Shown here in pieces: positions 13,110 through 24,596 of a stretch of DNA of 64,000 nt. The position numbers and the translations under genes are program-made. The DNA is from Mobula hypostoma (lineage: Eukaryota). A model generated the notes under the pieces. That model saw nothing but the letters and a program-made list of their open reading frames with translations. It made no database searches and was not told where the DNA came from. The DNA lies in the NCBI RefSeq assembly GCF_963921235.1, contig NC_086097.1, positions 90,522,001 to 90,586,000 on the forward strand. The letters run 5' to 3'. The first letter of the stretch is position 1, and each line of letters starts with the position of its first letter.

Positions 13110-13475
13110 CTTCTTACCAAATCATATCTTTCGCATACATACCCCCGTTGTCCATCCTTCCTGATTGGTTAGTCCTCAATCAATCAGATTTCCACAGTCC
13201 TACCTTTTACAATCAAATTCTAGTTCTTACTTAGAGTGAGATTTTCATCTTTGTTAAAATACTTTTTCTTTAGTTTTATTTCAATGGCTTCCTTCACCAG
13301 GACTAACCAATCAGGAGGGATGGACAACAGGACTACAGGACTAGACATGCCTAGGCATCATCCCTGATAAAGATGGCAGAGTTAGTCATTGAAATGTTGT
13401 TTATAATCGATACCTGTACCTGGCTGGAAGCCTGAGAAGAGTTCATTCGTCATATACACCGGGAATACTAGATCC
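13110..13475. mobile_element. Penelope-like element remnant (Penelope/Poseidon-type C-terminus) with inverted pseudo-LTR and decayed hammerhead motif
   Basis: Minus strand from 13300 reads LVKEAIEIKLKKKYFNKDENLTLSKN*. 30-bp inverted repeat 13147-13176 / 13299-13328 (29/30 match). ctgataa-a-gatggc(agagtta)gtcatt-gaaatgtt at 13364-13398. Confidence 0.7.
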
Positions 13476-14764
13476 TTTTTCACCATGTGTTGTATACTGT
13501 TGATTTCGTGAGCTTCATTCCTGTGAAGAATTTAGTTATACCCTGCTGTATATGATAATAAACTAACCTGAATCTGAATCTGAGGTAGGCACGCTGACAC
13601 TCAATGGAATCATTATTTGGAGTGCCATCCAATCAGGGTGTTTCTTCTCAGCCTGCATATGGGCCGTCTTCACATCAATGTTTGAGTAATTGATCTTGGT
13701 GTAGCCCCCTATCAATGTGATTTATCCTGTCCATAAGAGACATCCGTGTCACTGGCAGAGCCCACAAGCACAGAACCATGCAGGGAATGGCTTTTTTCCC
13801 CAGTCCCTGCAATTCATTACCCAGAAAGGGTATACAACTCATCTTTGGATGAATGATTAAATGGATGGGGCTACAGCAGCTGCCTGCTGTAGTGTCTCTT
13901 AATTAAACAGAGCAACAAAATTACACAAGGTAGCTGAAACTTGCTGCTAAAAGCCTGGAATGGAAAATGTTAGCACCGGTATGGCACATTGGAAATAATA
14001 CAGGATAAAGACAAAAGTTTGAAGGCATAGGTTTCCTTTCAGATCACAGGATGTCCAAGAAATTTTGTCACTGGGTGATTCACAGTCAACACACTGAAGG
14101 TACCTTCCTCTCTTTTCCACTTAGGAAAGAACCAGCACTAGGAATAGGAAGAGGCACTGCTAATCTCCATCCTTGTTATCTTGCCATAGTATTCCCAAGG
14201 CTTTCCATGGAGGAAAGAATGCAGTAGGTAGTGGTAAAGGTAAAGCAAGCTCATGTAAACGTGGGTGGGATTGGCCAGTTCAGGCCAGCACTGAGCCTTG
14301 TATTCAGCCATGATAATGATCTGACAAGAACAGAGAGACCCATTCAGACCAAATCACTTTGCATCACTTGTATCTACTACAATCTTTCCTTGTTGGAAAT
14401 ACTTGATATTACCTGGACAAGATAACAGGGAAGGAGACTTCCCTGTTCTGAGACCCTATTCTACTCCATTGCTATTTCTTTCCCTGTGTGAAGTGGAGGA
14501 GGGAAAACTACTTCAGTGTTCTGTGACCTCCTCAACATTGACAAATACCTCACTCTCTGGGATATCCTGTGATAGTAAAAGTACCTCCACAAATCCAAAC
14601 CTTCATTTGCACCTCATTACACTATTCAAATTTAGGCATGTCCTGCTTCAACCTATTCTAATCTATTGATATTCCTTCCACAGCAAAATCTGTTGATTTG
14701 TCTCTTGGAAACTGGAATTGCCCCTTACAGTCACAGCCTGGAGAGATTAGCATCCTTTCATTAG

Positions 14765-15365
14765 GTGAGTCTGTTAGCATCATTTACCGTGTTTGGTGAA
14801 CCCGATGTGGCCTCCTGTATAATCGGTGAGACCCAACATAGATTGGGAGACCATTTTGCTGAACATCTACGTTCTGCCCTCCAGAAAAAGCGGGATCTCC
14901 CAGTGGCCACCCATTCCAGTATGTCTATCCGTGGCTTCCTCCACTGTTGTGGTGAGGCCACACTTAGGTTGGAGGAACACCACCTTATATTCCATTTGGA
15001 TAGCCTCCAACCTGATGGCTTGAACATCGATTGCTCGATCTTCCGGTAATAACCCAGCCCACCCCCCCCACCTTTGCCATTTCTCATCCCCTTTTCCCTC
15101 TATCACCTTATCTCCTTGTCCTCCCATCACCTTCTTTCTTCTGTCTCTTTCACCAATCAACTTCCCAGCTCTTTACTTCATCCCTCCCCCTTCAGGTGTC
15201 ACCGATCACCTGGCATTTCTCTCTCCCCTCCCCCCACCTTTTAAATCTACTCCTCAGCATTGTCTCTCCAGTCCTGCTGAAGGGTTTCGGCCTGAAACGT
15301 CGACTGTGCTTTTTTTCCATAGGCGCTACCTGGCCTGCTGAGTTCCTCCAGCACGTCTCACATTG
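14765..15365 (+). mobile_element. Penelope-like element 3' end (GIY-YIG endonuclease C-terminus + pseudo-LTR)
   Basis: ORF 14765-15049: IIGETQHRLGDHFAEHLRS...LEEHHLIFHLDSLQPDGLNID; pyrimidine-rich UTR; hammerhead-like agtc-ctgctga-agggtttcggcct-gaaacgtc-gact at 15270-15305. Confidence 0.9.
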
Positions 15366-16074
15366 TTTAGTCAATTTCAGTACAGAATTGAGCATAAAAG
15401 CAGCTCCTTTTGTAACTATGGAATGTGAGCTGGCCCCAGTTAGAGAATAATCCTTGTAAACTGAAGCCTGACCACTTGAATTTCAATGAGAATGGGATCT
15501 GTGCAACTGATGTCAAAACTCTTGCCTTTGAATTGGTAGGAGGAGCATTTATGAAAAATTAATTCTAAACTCTTAGTCATTTTACAGAATGATCCATGCA
15601 CACTAGATACTATCCTCTGGGACATCCTGTCGATGTGAAAAGGACTGCAGGGAATAAAAGAATCAACATTTTTTCTGTAGTGTATAATTTTATTTCCACA
15701 TTTGAATGGTTCAGCAGCTCCAGATAAAACGACAATTTAAATTTAAGGCTCTACAAATGTTTCTGCAGAAAATTTATTGTGATTTTACAGTGATAATTCC
15801 TGTGCTGATCACTATTCAAAATTTGTCCGAAAAATAAATTACTTACACTATTGGGTTCAAATTACAGCTCGTTAGTGGCTTGATAGGTTTTGTAAGTGTC
15901 TTAATATCATTTCAATTCTTAAAAATCCTTTATATTTAGTTGCTTAAACTAACTTCTAATTGTCCAAGTTCCTTCAAATGGATTATGGAATGTTGCAGTT
16001 ACAAAATGGAAATTCACCTTCACAGTATTGTTCACCGTCAGCTTGGTTTAGTTTGTGATGTGCAAAGGTGCATG

Positions 16075-17840
16075 CATATAGATGCGCTTTATTGATTATC
16101 GCTCAGCATTTAATACCATCATCCCCTTTAAACTAATCAATAAGCTCCAAGTCGTTGACCTGAACACCAACTTGTGCAATTGGATCCTGGGTTTTCTCAC
16201 TTGCAGACCCCAGTCAGTTTTGATTGGGAAAAACATCTCCTCGACGATCTCTTTCAGCACAGGGCTATGTGCTTAGCCCCCTGCTCTACTCTCTTCATAT
16301 CTATGACTGTGTGTCTAAGCACAGCTCCAGTGCCATATTCAAGTTTCCTGACAACACCACTGTTGTGGGCTGTATCAAAGGTGGTGATGAATCAGCATAC
16401 AGGAGGGAGATTGAAAATTTGGCTGAGTCATGTCATAACAACCTCTCACTGAATGTCAGCAAGACCAAGGAGCTGATTGTAGACTTCAGGAGAGGGAAAC
16501 CAGAGGTCCATGAGCCAGTCCTCACTGGAGGATCAGAGGTGGAGAGGGTCAGCAACTTTGAATTCTTGGCTGTTACCAGACATCCCACCCTGCAAAAACT
16601 CATTTCAGGGAGGTAGCACCATCAATTTGCGGGAGACTCCCGGAACTTCCGGGAGAGGTGGGATGTCTGCAGTAGAGTAGCTCCTTAGCAGCTAGCCAGC
16701 TAGTTTAAATAACGTTAGCTATGCTAATGAACGAATGACACCTGTTAAACTCACCTCAACATGTCTTTTACAGTCTTAACCCACCATGGACAATAGAAAA
16801 GTCACTGTTGCAAACAGTGCAGTGAGCAACACTGTCATTATTTTTGACCCCTATTAGGCAGGGGTACACTTTAGAGTAGTCTGGGGTGACGTACGTTTTA
16901 TATATATATTTTTTGGAACACTCTGCCATGGCGCGCTCTCTCTCTCTCGCTTGCGCGCTCTCTCTCTGTCTCGCTCGCGTGCTCTCTTGCGCTCTTGCTT
17001 TCTCTCACTCGCAGGCTCTCAAAAAAATTGATTTCCGTGATACTGTATATAATTTGCCGGCATCAGGGAGCCACTATTCATATGCGGGAGACTCCCGGAA
17101 CTTCTGGGAGAGGTGGGATGTCTGTGTTACTATTTCAGAGGACCTGCCCTGGACCCAGCATATAAATGCAATGGCGAAGAAAGCACAGCAGTGCCTCCAC
17201 TTCCTTAGGCGTCTGTTGTGATTCGACGTGACATCAAAACCTTTGGCAAATTTCTGTCGTGGAGAGCGTATTGACTGGCTGCATCAAGGCCTGGTGTGGG
17301 AACACCAATGCCTTTGAACAGGTAGTGGACTCAGCCCAGTTCATCCTTCCAACCATTGAGCACACCTACATGAAATGCTGCTACAGGAAAGCAACATCTA
17401 TCATCAGAGGTCCTCACCACCAAGGCAATGCTGTCTTCTTGCTGCTGCCATCAGGTAGAAGGTAGAATGTACAAGAGCCTCAGGACTTGCACCACCAGGT
17501 TCAAGAACAGTTACTACCTGTCAACCATCAGTCTCTTGAATAGAAGAGGATAACTACACTCACTTGCCCAACCACTGCGATGTTCCTGCAGTCAATGGTC
17601 TCACTTTAAGGACTCCTTATCTCATTATCTCATGTTCTCATTATTTATTGCTATTTATTTATATTTTCATTTGCACAGTTTGTTGTCTTCTGCACTTTAC
17701 TTGATCTTTCTCTGATCCTGTTACAGTTACTATTCTATAGATTTGCTGAGTATGCCGCAGTTAAATGAATCTCACGGTGTATGTGCTGACATATACGTAA
17801 TGTACTCTGATAATAACATTGTCATTGAACTTTGAACTTT
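16075..17840 (+). mobile_element. Rex1/Babar LINE, 5'-truncated and degenerate, split by a TIR element
   Basis: [62 protein letters not shown]...KKAQQCLHFLRRL; (ttgaact) tail near 17825-17840. Confidence 0.92.
16577..17124. mobile_element. Non-autonomous TIR DNA transposon (MITE, hAT-like ends), 548 bp
   Basis: Perfect 13-bp TIR cagacatcccacc (16577-16589) / ggtgggatgtctg (17112-17124); 6-bp TSD tgttac (16571-16576 / 17125-17130); removing it rejoins the Rex-type coding sequence. Confidence 0.88.
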
Positions 17841-18149
17841 ATTGGGGACTACGTTTCATGATTCTTTGTAATTCCTCTGTGCAAGTCGATGTGCTTGTTT
17901 TTGCGATACACGTTGGCACCTTGTGGATAGTGCAGCAATACCTGTCTTTCCTCAGACTCAACTTACGGGCTCAAGACACACCTATAAAATGAACAAGTAA
18001 ACTGAGCTTATATTCAACTATAAGGCTGAGGAAGGGCTGCAGCATTGAAGGCAATGCCTTTCGGGTGAGGCATTTAAAGTCAAAGCAGATTTTATTGTCA
18101 TATGACAAGAGATTTGACTAAAAACATTACTTTTCTGAAGCAAATTGTG

Positions 18150-19545
18150 ATGAACTAGCACCACAAAAAGTGAGGAGGTAGGTGGAGGCGAGGCTGGTTT
18201 AGGGGATGAGCTATGCTGGGGCATTGGGAGTCTGCAACCACGTTGCAGAGAGAGTTGGTGCTATCCCTCCCTGAGATGGAGTGAGCGATTTGGAGGGGAG
18301 TCAACGCGGAAGAGTTTCGATGCCCGTCCACCTAACCCGGGTGTGAGTTTGGATCACTCCAACTCCAAGCCGATTTGGTGAGATGGAGAAGGGCTTCGGG
18401 CTGTGTCGCTGCGCTGGGATCCGAGTCCTAGAGCAAGGCAATATCTGGTGCTTGGACAATTTAAATGTCAGCCCAGATAGCCTGGAAGCCTGAGTGTTGG
18501 GAATGGAAGCGAGGAATGGGCTGATGTTGCTCGCTCCCTCTGCAGTGCCGAGGATGAACTGATCTGGCTGGTGTGATGAATTGTAACCGAGGTTTGGGCC
18601 GCCTCCGGCTGCTCTGGGAACGGATCTACAAGATCCTTCTGTCTACAAGAAGGGTCAGAGCCGTCTCTATTTCCTGAGGAGACTGAGGTCCTTTAACATC
18701 TGCCTGAAGATGCTGAGGATGTTCTATGAGTCTGTGGTGGCCAGTGCTATCATGTTTGCTGTTGTGTGCTAGGGCAGCAGGCTGAGGGTAGCAGACACCA
18801 ACAGAATCAACAAACTTATTCATAAGGCCAGTGATGTTGTGGGGATGGAACTGGACTCTCTCACGGTGGTGTCTGAAAAGAGGATGCTGTCTAAGTTGCA
18901 TGCCATCTTGGACAATGTCTCCCATCCACTACATAATGTACCGGGTGGGCACAGGAGTACATTCAGCCAGAGACTCATTCCACCAGATGCAACACAGAGC
19001 GTCATAGGAAGTCATTCCTGTCCGTGGCCATCAAACTTTACAACTCCTCCCTTGGAGGGTCAGACACCCTGAGCCAATAGGCTGGTCCTGGATTTATTTC
19101 ATAATTTACTGGCATAATTTACATATTACTATTTAACTATTTATTACTATTTTTCTATTACTATTCTATTACTATTTATTATTTCAATGACCATTACTAT
19201 TTACTATTTACTAATAGTAATATTACTATTACTATTTCTATTACTATTTATTATTTATGGTGCAACTGTAATGAAAACCAATTTCCCCTGGGATCAATAA
19301 AGTATGACTATGACTATGACTATGGATCTGGGAACGCTGTCTGGTTTGGAATGCTGCTGGCTTGCTTCAGTTGTTTGCATGATTTGTGGGTTTTTTTCCC
19401 TATCTCTCTGTGCAGTGGTTTTTGGTCTTTTTAAAACTGGGTTATTTGGGTTTCTTGCTCTGTGCTCTGTAAGCAGATAAATTTCAAGGTGTATAATTTT
19501 TACATTCTTTGGCAATAAGTGTACTTTGAATCTTTGAATTTTGAA
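18150..19545 (+). mobile_element. Non-autonomous repeat with Rex-like 3' tail, interrupted by the 18628-19323 copy
   Basis: GC-rich body on the left; right part ends caataagtgtactttgaatctttgaa, like Rex-type tails elsewhere in the window. Confidence 0.45.
18628..19323 (+). mobile_element. Second young Rex1/Babar copy, same family as 7610-8635
   Basis: Near-identical to 8038-8635; one in-frame stop (tgctag vs tgctgg) and a small deletion; (atgact)n tail; TSD ggatct (18622-18627 / 19324-19329). Confidence 0.93.
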
Positions 19546-19579
19546 TATGCACAAATGCAATTTGAACATTTTGAATTTG

Positions 19580-20180
19580 ACGCTGCCCAGTCCATCAGGT
19601 ACACATCCCTCCCCACCATCAGTAGTATCGAGATGAGGTACGACCTCAAGAAGGAAACATCTACCATCAAAGGTCTCCGTCATCTGTGCCATGCCATCTT
19701 CTCATGCATGGGCGCAATGATATACTTACAGTAAAATCACAGGTACATGGCATCAGATAGGCAGCACTGACCAGAAAAACATAAATTGAACATAGATTGT
19801 ACCCAGTTTTTGCTAGAAAGACCACGATTAGAACAAGTAAAAATCCATTTTAGTGCAAAGTGATCAAAGTGGTCTCATGTTGCTATACTGTAGTGATTAG
19901 GGTTGTGCCACTTGGTTCAAGAACTGAAAGCTTGAAAGGGAATAGCTGTTCTTGAGCCTGGTGTTGAGGGACTCTAGGCTTCTGTACCTTCTGCCTGATG
20001 GCCTGGATGGTGAGGATCTTTGATGATAGGTTGTCTTTTTGAGGCCACACCTCATGTAGATACTATTGATGGTTGGAAGGGATGAGCCTGTGATGGACTG
20101 AGATGAGTCTGTTACTCTTTTATATTCCTATGCATTTGAATTGCTATACCAGACCATGATGCAACTAGCCAGGACATATG
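19580..20180. mobile_element. Two Rex1/Babar 3' remnants (+ 19580-19710; - 19720-20180)
   Basis: AAQSIRYTSLPTI on +; ttcaagaac...ctgttcttgagcctggtg...tgtaccttctgcctgatgg on -. Confidence 0.6.
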
Positions 20181-21134
20181 TAAATGTTTATTAGAGAATC
20201 CAATACCATAAAGATACACTGGATGGAAAGGAAGTAATGAATCTGTGATTCACTCTGGGCAGTGTTACTGCTGTCTGTCAGTCCACAGCAGTGCAGTTGC
20301 CGTACCGTACATGAATACAAGTTGTGCTATTATCAGTGGAGAATGAGTCTGTAAAACATTGAGCTGTCCGACTGCAGTTGTTCAGGTTCAGTGCTTTTCA
20401 AGCGTTGAATTATGTCAAATACTTTTTATTGAATAAAAGATTGGTTTAGCTGCAGTTGGGAGCTTTGTGCCCAATCTACGCAATGCTTTTTGGGAGGGAA
20501 GTGAAATCTATGGAGAAGATTTACTGGAATGATCTCAGAGATAAGGAATTTTAGTTACGTGGTGAGACTGGAGAAGTTGGGTTTAATCTTGGAGGAGAAG
20601 GGAAAAGGTGGAAAAGCAGTTTGAGGTACATGTTCAGTACAATGAAGAATGAAGACAATAATGGAAAAATATTTCTACTGAAGGATAGCCAAGATCCACA
20701 GATTATAGGTGATGGTGTTAAACTCAGAGCAGACATGAAGAATACGCTTTTCAAGCTACAAGTAGGTTCAATCTAAAATTCACAGAGAAAGTGAAATCAT
20801 AGCTTTTCAAAAAGAACTAGATTATTATGGAAATGAAAAAAACAATCGCACAGCTTTGGAGAAAGAGGCAGGAAGGAGGACTTTTTGAAACACTCTCTTA
20901 ATAATTTGACATGTACATAGAACCTAAATGGCTCCCTGCTCTGTTGTATTAATTCTGCAATTCTGTGAAATGAATAGGCAGCAGTGGTTTTGGTTGCTTC
21001 TTCACAGTGGGTTTGTGGTGGTAATGTGGCCAAGTTAGCTGAGCAGCAAAGCTAAACCTTGGTTTAGCAATCGAAAGTCCTCAGTCCAAATCCCACTGGC
21101 GCAGGTTAAATTCAGCTAATAATCTGGAATATAT

Positions 21135-21485
21135 AGGATGGCATAGTGGCGCAGCTGGTAGATCTGCTGTCTTACAGCTCCGGCAGCCTGGGCTTGATCC
21201 TGATATCCGATGCTGTCTGTGTGGAGTTTGCATGTTCTTCCTGTGACAGTGTGGGTATCTACTGAGTCCTCTGAATTCATTCCACATCCCAAATACGTGC
21301 AGTGGTAGGTTAATTAGCCACTGTAAATAGATTGTAGGTGAGCACAGAGGTAGGAATAGAATCTCAAGAAAGTTGATTGGAGTACCTGGAAAAATAAAGT
21401 GGGCCAAATATGGGGATAGCATTGATAGTCAGAATGGACTCAGTGGGTCGAAGGGGTTGTATCCATGCCCTGTAATTCTATGATT
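21135..21485 (+). mobile_element. tRNA-derived SINE with CR1-like tail (V-SINE/HE1-like)
   Basis: A box tggcgcagctgg, B-box-like ggcttgatcc, body tgtgtggagtttgcatgttcttcctgtgac, tail gtaattctatgatt. Confidence 0.78.
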
Positions 21486-22774
21486 GAGGATTAGGCTTTA
21501 CGTTAGGCTAAAGGGGCTCAGATAACCTGGTGATGAACTCTGGCATTAATATTAGGAAATATGAATGGAGGGGTAGCACATTTGCTTTTGAGTCAGGAGG
21601 CTCCATAGCAAAAGCTGAACAAGGGATAAGTATCTTGAGTCACTACCTGTCCTCCCCACCCACTCACTCTCACATAGAACCCAATCTCACTCCAACTCTG
21701 CACCTTGAGATAGGCAGTGACAACTGAGACTTCAGGAACACACTGACAGCCTTGGCTGAGGCTTTATCAGCTGTCAAAGCTGCCATTGAGCATAGGTGTA
21801 TTTAAATATCCCTGGCCTCAGAGAAGTTGCTACTGTTAATTTCTGTAATGTCACAGAAACCACGATTCTGCCCCCCCCCCAAAAAAAAACAACTCTGGTC
21901 TGGTGAGCTTTAAATTGAAGCAGTGAAGCAAGAGCCTTTATTTTAATATATGATTAGAATGAATTGTTGAATTTACCAAAAAATTCAAGGCTGTAGTTGG
22001 GTTCTTGGAAACCTTCCCAGTGTGGGTGTGAATAATATAGATACATTTTCAGTCCGGATTGAGCAGAAATATTTGCATCTACTTAATTGGTTCCTGCACT
22101 GCAGGGATACCCTGCAATCTCCCAAAATTAATAATTAATCCCTCAGTCACTGCTACAGCTAACCACTGGAAAGAAACCTTGATTCTTCCTATCTCTTTGT
22201 CTAAAGTGTATGAAAATGCAGTGAGGCAGAAGCATAGTTTATCACTTATATGAGGCGAACACTAGGCAGGGGAATAAAGGAATGCCTCTGGGTGAACTTC
22301 TCCATACTTTCACTACATATATGAATGTTAGGTGAAGAAATGCAGAGATGTTGCTCCAGGTTTGCCAATGGAATTAAAGTAGGTGCCGCAGTAAGAAGTG
22401 CAGGTTGGGCAGGAATTTGGGAAAGGACAGTTCAGGGTGAGGGCATAGACGTGCCCGAAGTGGTACAGTGCAGAGAAAGGCAAATCCAATACTTTGGACT
22501 GAGAAAGATTCCTTAGGATGCTTTTCTCAGGCAAACCAGTGGCAACATTACAATAGCCAATGAGTTGGAGATGGAGAAAGACCAGCAATGGCTCAGAATC
22601 TATGGAAAATCTAAAGACAAAATTAAAGCCTGCAGTCAAAACAGAATAATTTCCCCACAAAAAACACCGCTGTGTATAAACACTGAGTATAAATGTAAAT
22701 GCAGGGTTTTATAACGATAAAGCTTGATTGATGGGGTGGGTGGGTTGCTTACAACACATTGGCTTTCTTCAGTG

Positions 22775-23050
22775 AGACATAGGAGAGTGCAGATGCTGGA
22801 AATCTGGAGCAGCACACGAAGCCCAGGAAGGAACTCAGCAGGTCGAATGCATCTATGGAGAGACCACAGAACACAGAGCATTACAACACAGTACAGGCCT
22901 TCCAGCCCACAATGCTCTGCCAACTCTTTAACTGACTCCACAATCAGTCTAACCTTCCTTCACATACAGCTTTCCATTTTTCCTTCAACCATGTGCCTGT
23001 CAAAGAGACTCTTAAATGCCCCTAATGTATCTGCCTCTACCACCACCCCA
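22775..23050 (-). mobile_element. Penelope pseudo-LTR fragment abutting a CR1 3' end
   Basis: tgcagatgctggaaatctggagc...gaactcagcaggtc (pLTR), then acaacacagtacaggccttccagcccacaatg...tgcctctaccaccaccc (CR1 tail). Confidence 0.65.
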
Positions 23051-23694
23051 GCAGAGCTTTATTCCAGTAGGTCACCAGTTGTGCACTGCTGACACTGACT
23101 GTAGACAGGTCATCTGAGTCCATAGTCCACCGTAAAACTCTAAGCTTGTCAAAAGCAAGCACTGTGCCATAAATTATGGCCTTCTCTCATTATGCACGCT
23201 AGTGCACAGCAGTGTTACAGGTACTGAGATAAACTCAACACTAGTGGGCTGATTCAATATCTTGTGTATTCTGTCTGACTTGCCTTGAGAGTTGACTGAT
23301 TCATGTGGACATTTAATCTGTAAACAAGTGTGTAATCTTTCCTGATAAAGAGGGTCAGATTGGGTAGATGTGAAAAGTCCTGGCTAATCGATGCTATTGT
23401 TATAAAACGTGGAGCATTGTTTAATCTGAGCAGAATCAGGGTTGGGAATGAAACTGAGACCGTGTGACAAGGGAGCAGAAGTAGCTCAGTCAGCCTTTCA
23501 AACCTGTGCCAAATTCCAAGATGATCGGAGCTGGTGTGCCCCGGCCTCATTTCTACCGTGCTGGCTCCCCACAGCTTTGAATTCTCAGACCTTTCAAAAA
23601 TTTCTTTGCTTCCTCTTTAAAGAGCTCCAGTATTGAGTCTCCACAACCATTCAGAGGAGGGAAATCCAGAAATGCATCTCTCACACCACCAAAT

Positions 23695-24462
23695 GTTTCC
23701 ATCCGGTGGTGTGCTGGGGCAACGGCATCAACATGATGGTGCCAACAGGCTCAATAAACTGATTAGATAGGCCTGACGAAGGGTTCCGGCCTGAACCGTC
23801 GACTCATCTTTTCCATGGATGCTGCCCGACCTGCTGAGTTCCTCCAGCGTGTTGTGAGTGTTGCTTAGAAAGGCTGGCTCTGTTATAGGAGTCAAACTGG
23901 ATATAATGGAGACTGTAGTAGAACAAAGGACCCCCCCGGAAAACCCTGGCAACTCTGGACAATGTTTCTCACCCTCTACATGCTACCTTGGCTGAACAGA
24001 GGAGCACTTTCAGTAATAGACTAAGACAACTGTGCTGCTCCAAAGAGCGCTATATGAGGTCATTCTCACCCTCAGCCATTAGGCTCTATAATGAGTCTAC
24101 CGAGAGCCAGGGAAGTGATGATCCCCTCCCATTAGACTGTTAATAACCTCTAATTACCAGGGCTCTGTTTATCACACCTTGCTATCACGGACACCCTGTG
24201 CAATACTACCATCATTTCTTATCTGGATCGTGTGAATGTGCACCCATTGCTGTATAATATTACAGTAATTCTTGCACTAGTGTCTTATCAGTGTGAACTT
24301 GGAAATTTTGTAATCTTTGACTTGTAAATCTTGTACATCTTATTTTCAAGGTAAATTATTTTTTTATTCTTCCTTCTCTTCTAATAGTTATATATCTGTG
24401 CACTTGTAATGCTACTGTGACACTATAATTTCCTGTGGGATCAATAAAGTATCTATTTATCT
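23695..24462 (+). mobile_element. Rex1/Babar LINE 3' fragment
   Basis: VVCWGNGI...NRLNKLI|RKAGSVIG...LDNVSHPLHA...FSNRLRQL; ends gggatcaataaagtatctatttatcta. Confidence 0.85.
23773..23864 (+). mobile_element. 92-bp Penelope pseudo-LTR mini-insertion starting at a hammerhead core
   Basis: ctgacga-agggttccggcct-gaaccgtc...gtgttgc flanked by ttagataggc (23763-23772) / ttagaaaggc (23865-23874). Confidence 0.8.
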
Positions 24463-24596
24463 AGCAAAGTTAAGTTTATTAGAAAATATATCATAGAACA
24501 ACACAGCAGAGTATAGATCCTTCGGCCCACGATATTGTGCCAAGTCTAACCTACTCCAAGTTCGATCTAGTCTTCCCTTCCACATTGTCTACATAG

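Noticed and set aside
15440..15665. Minus-strand splice acceptor (ttcttttattccctgcag) followed by PFHIDR, reminiscent of a GPCR TM6 motif
   Set aside because: Downstream residues do not resemble a GPCR, and I see no partner exons. A small or terminal exon cannot be excluded without RNA-seq.
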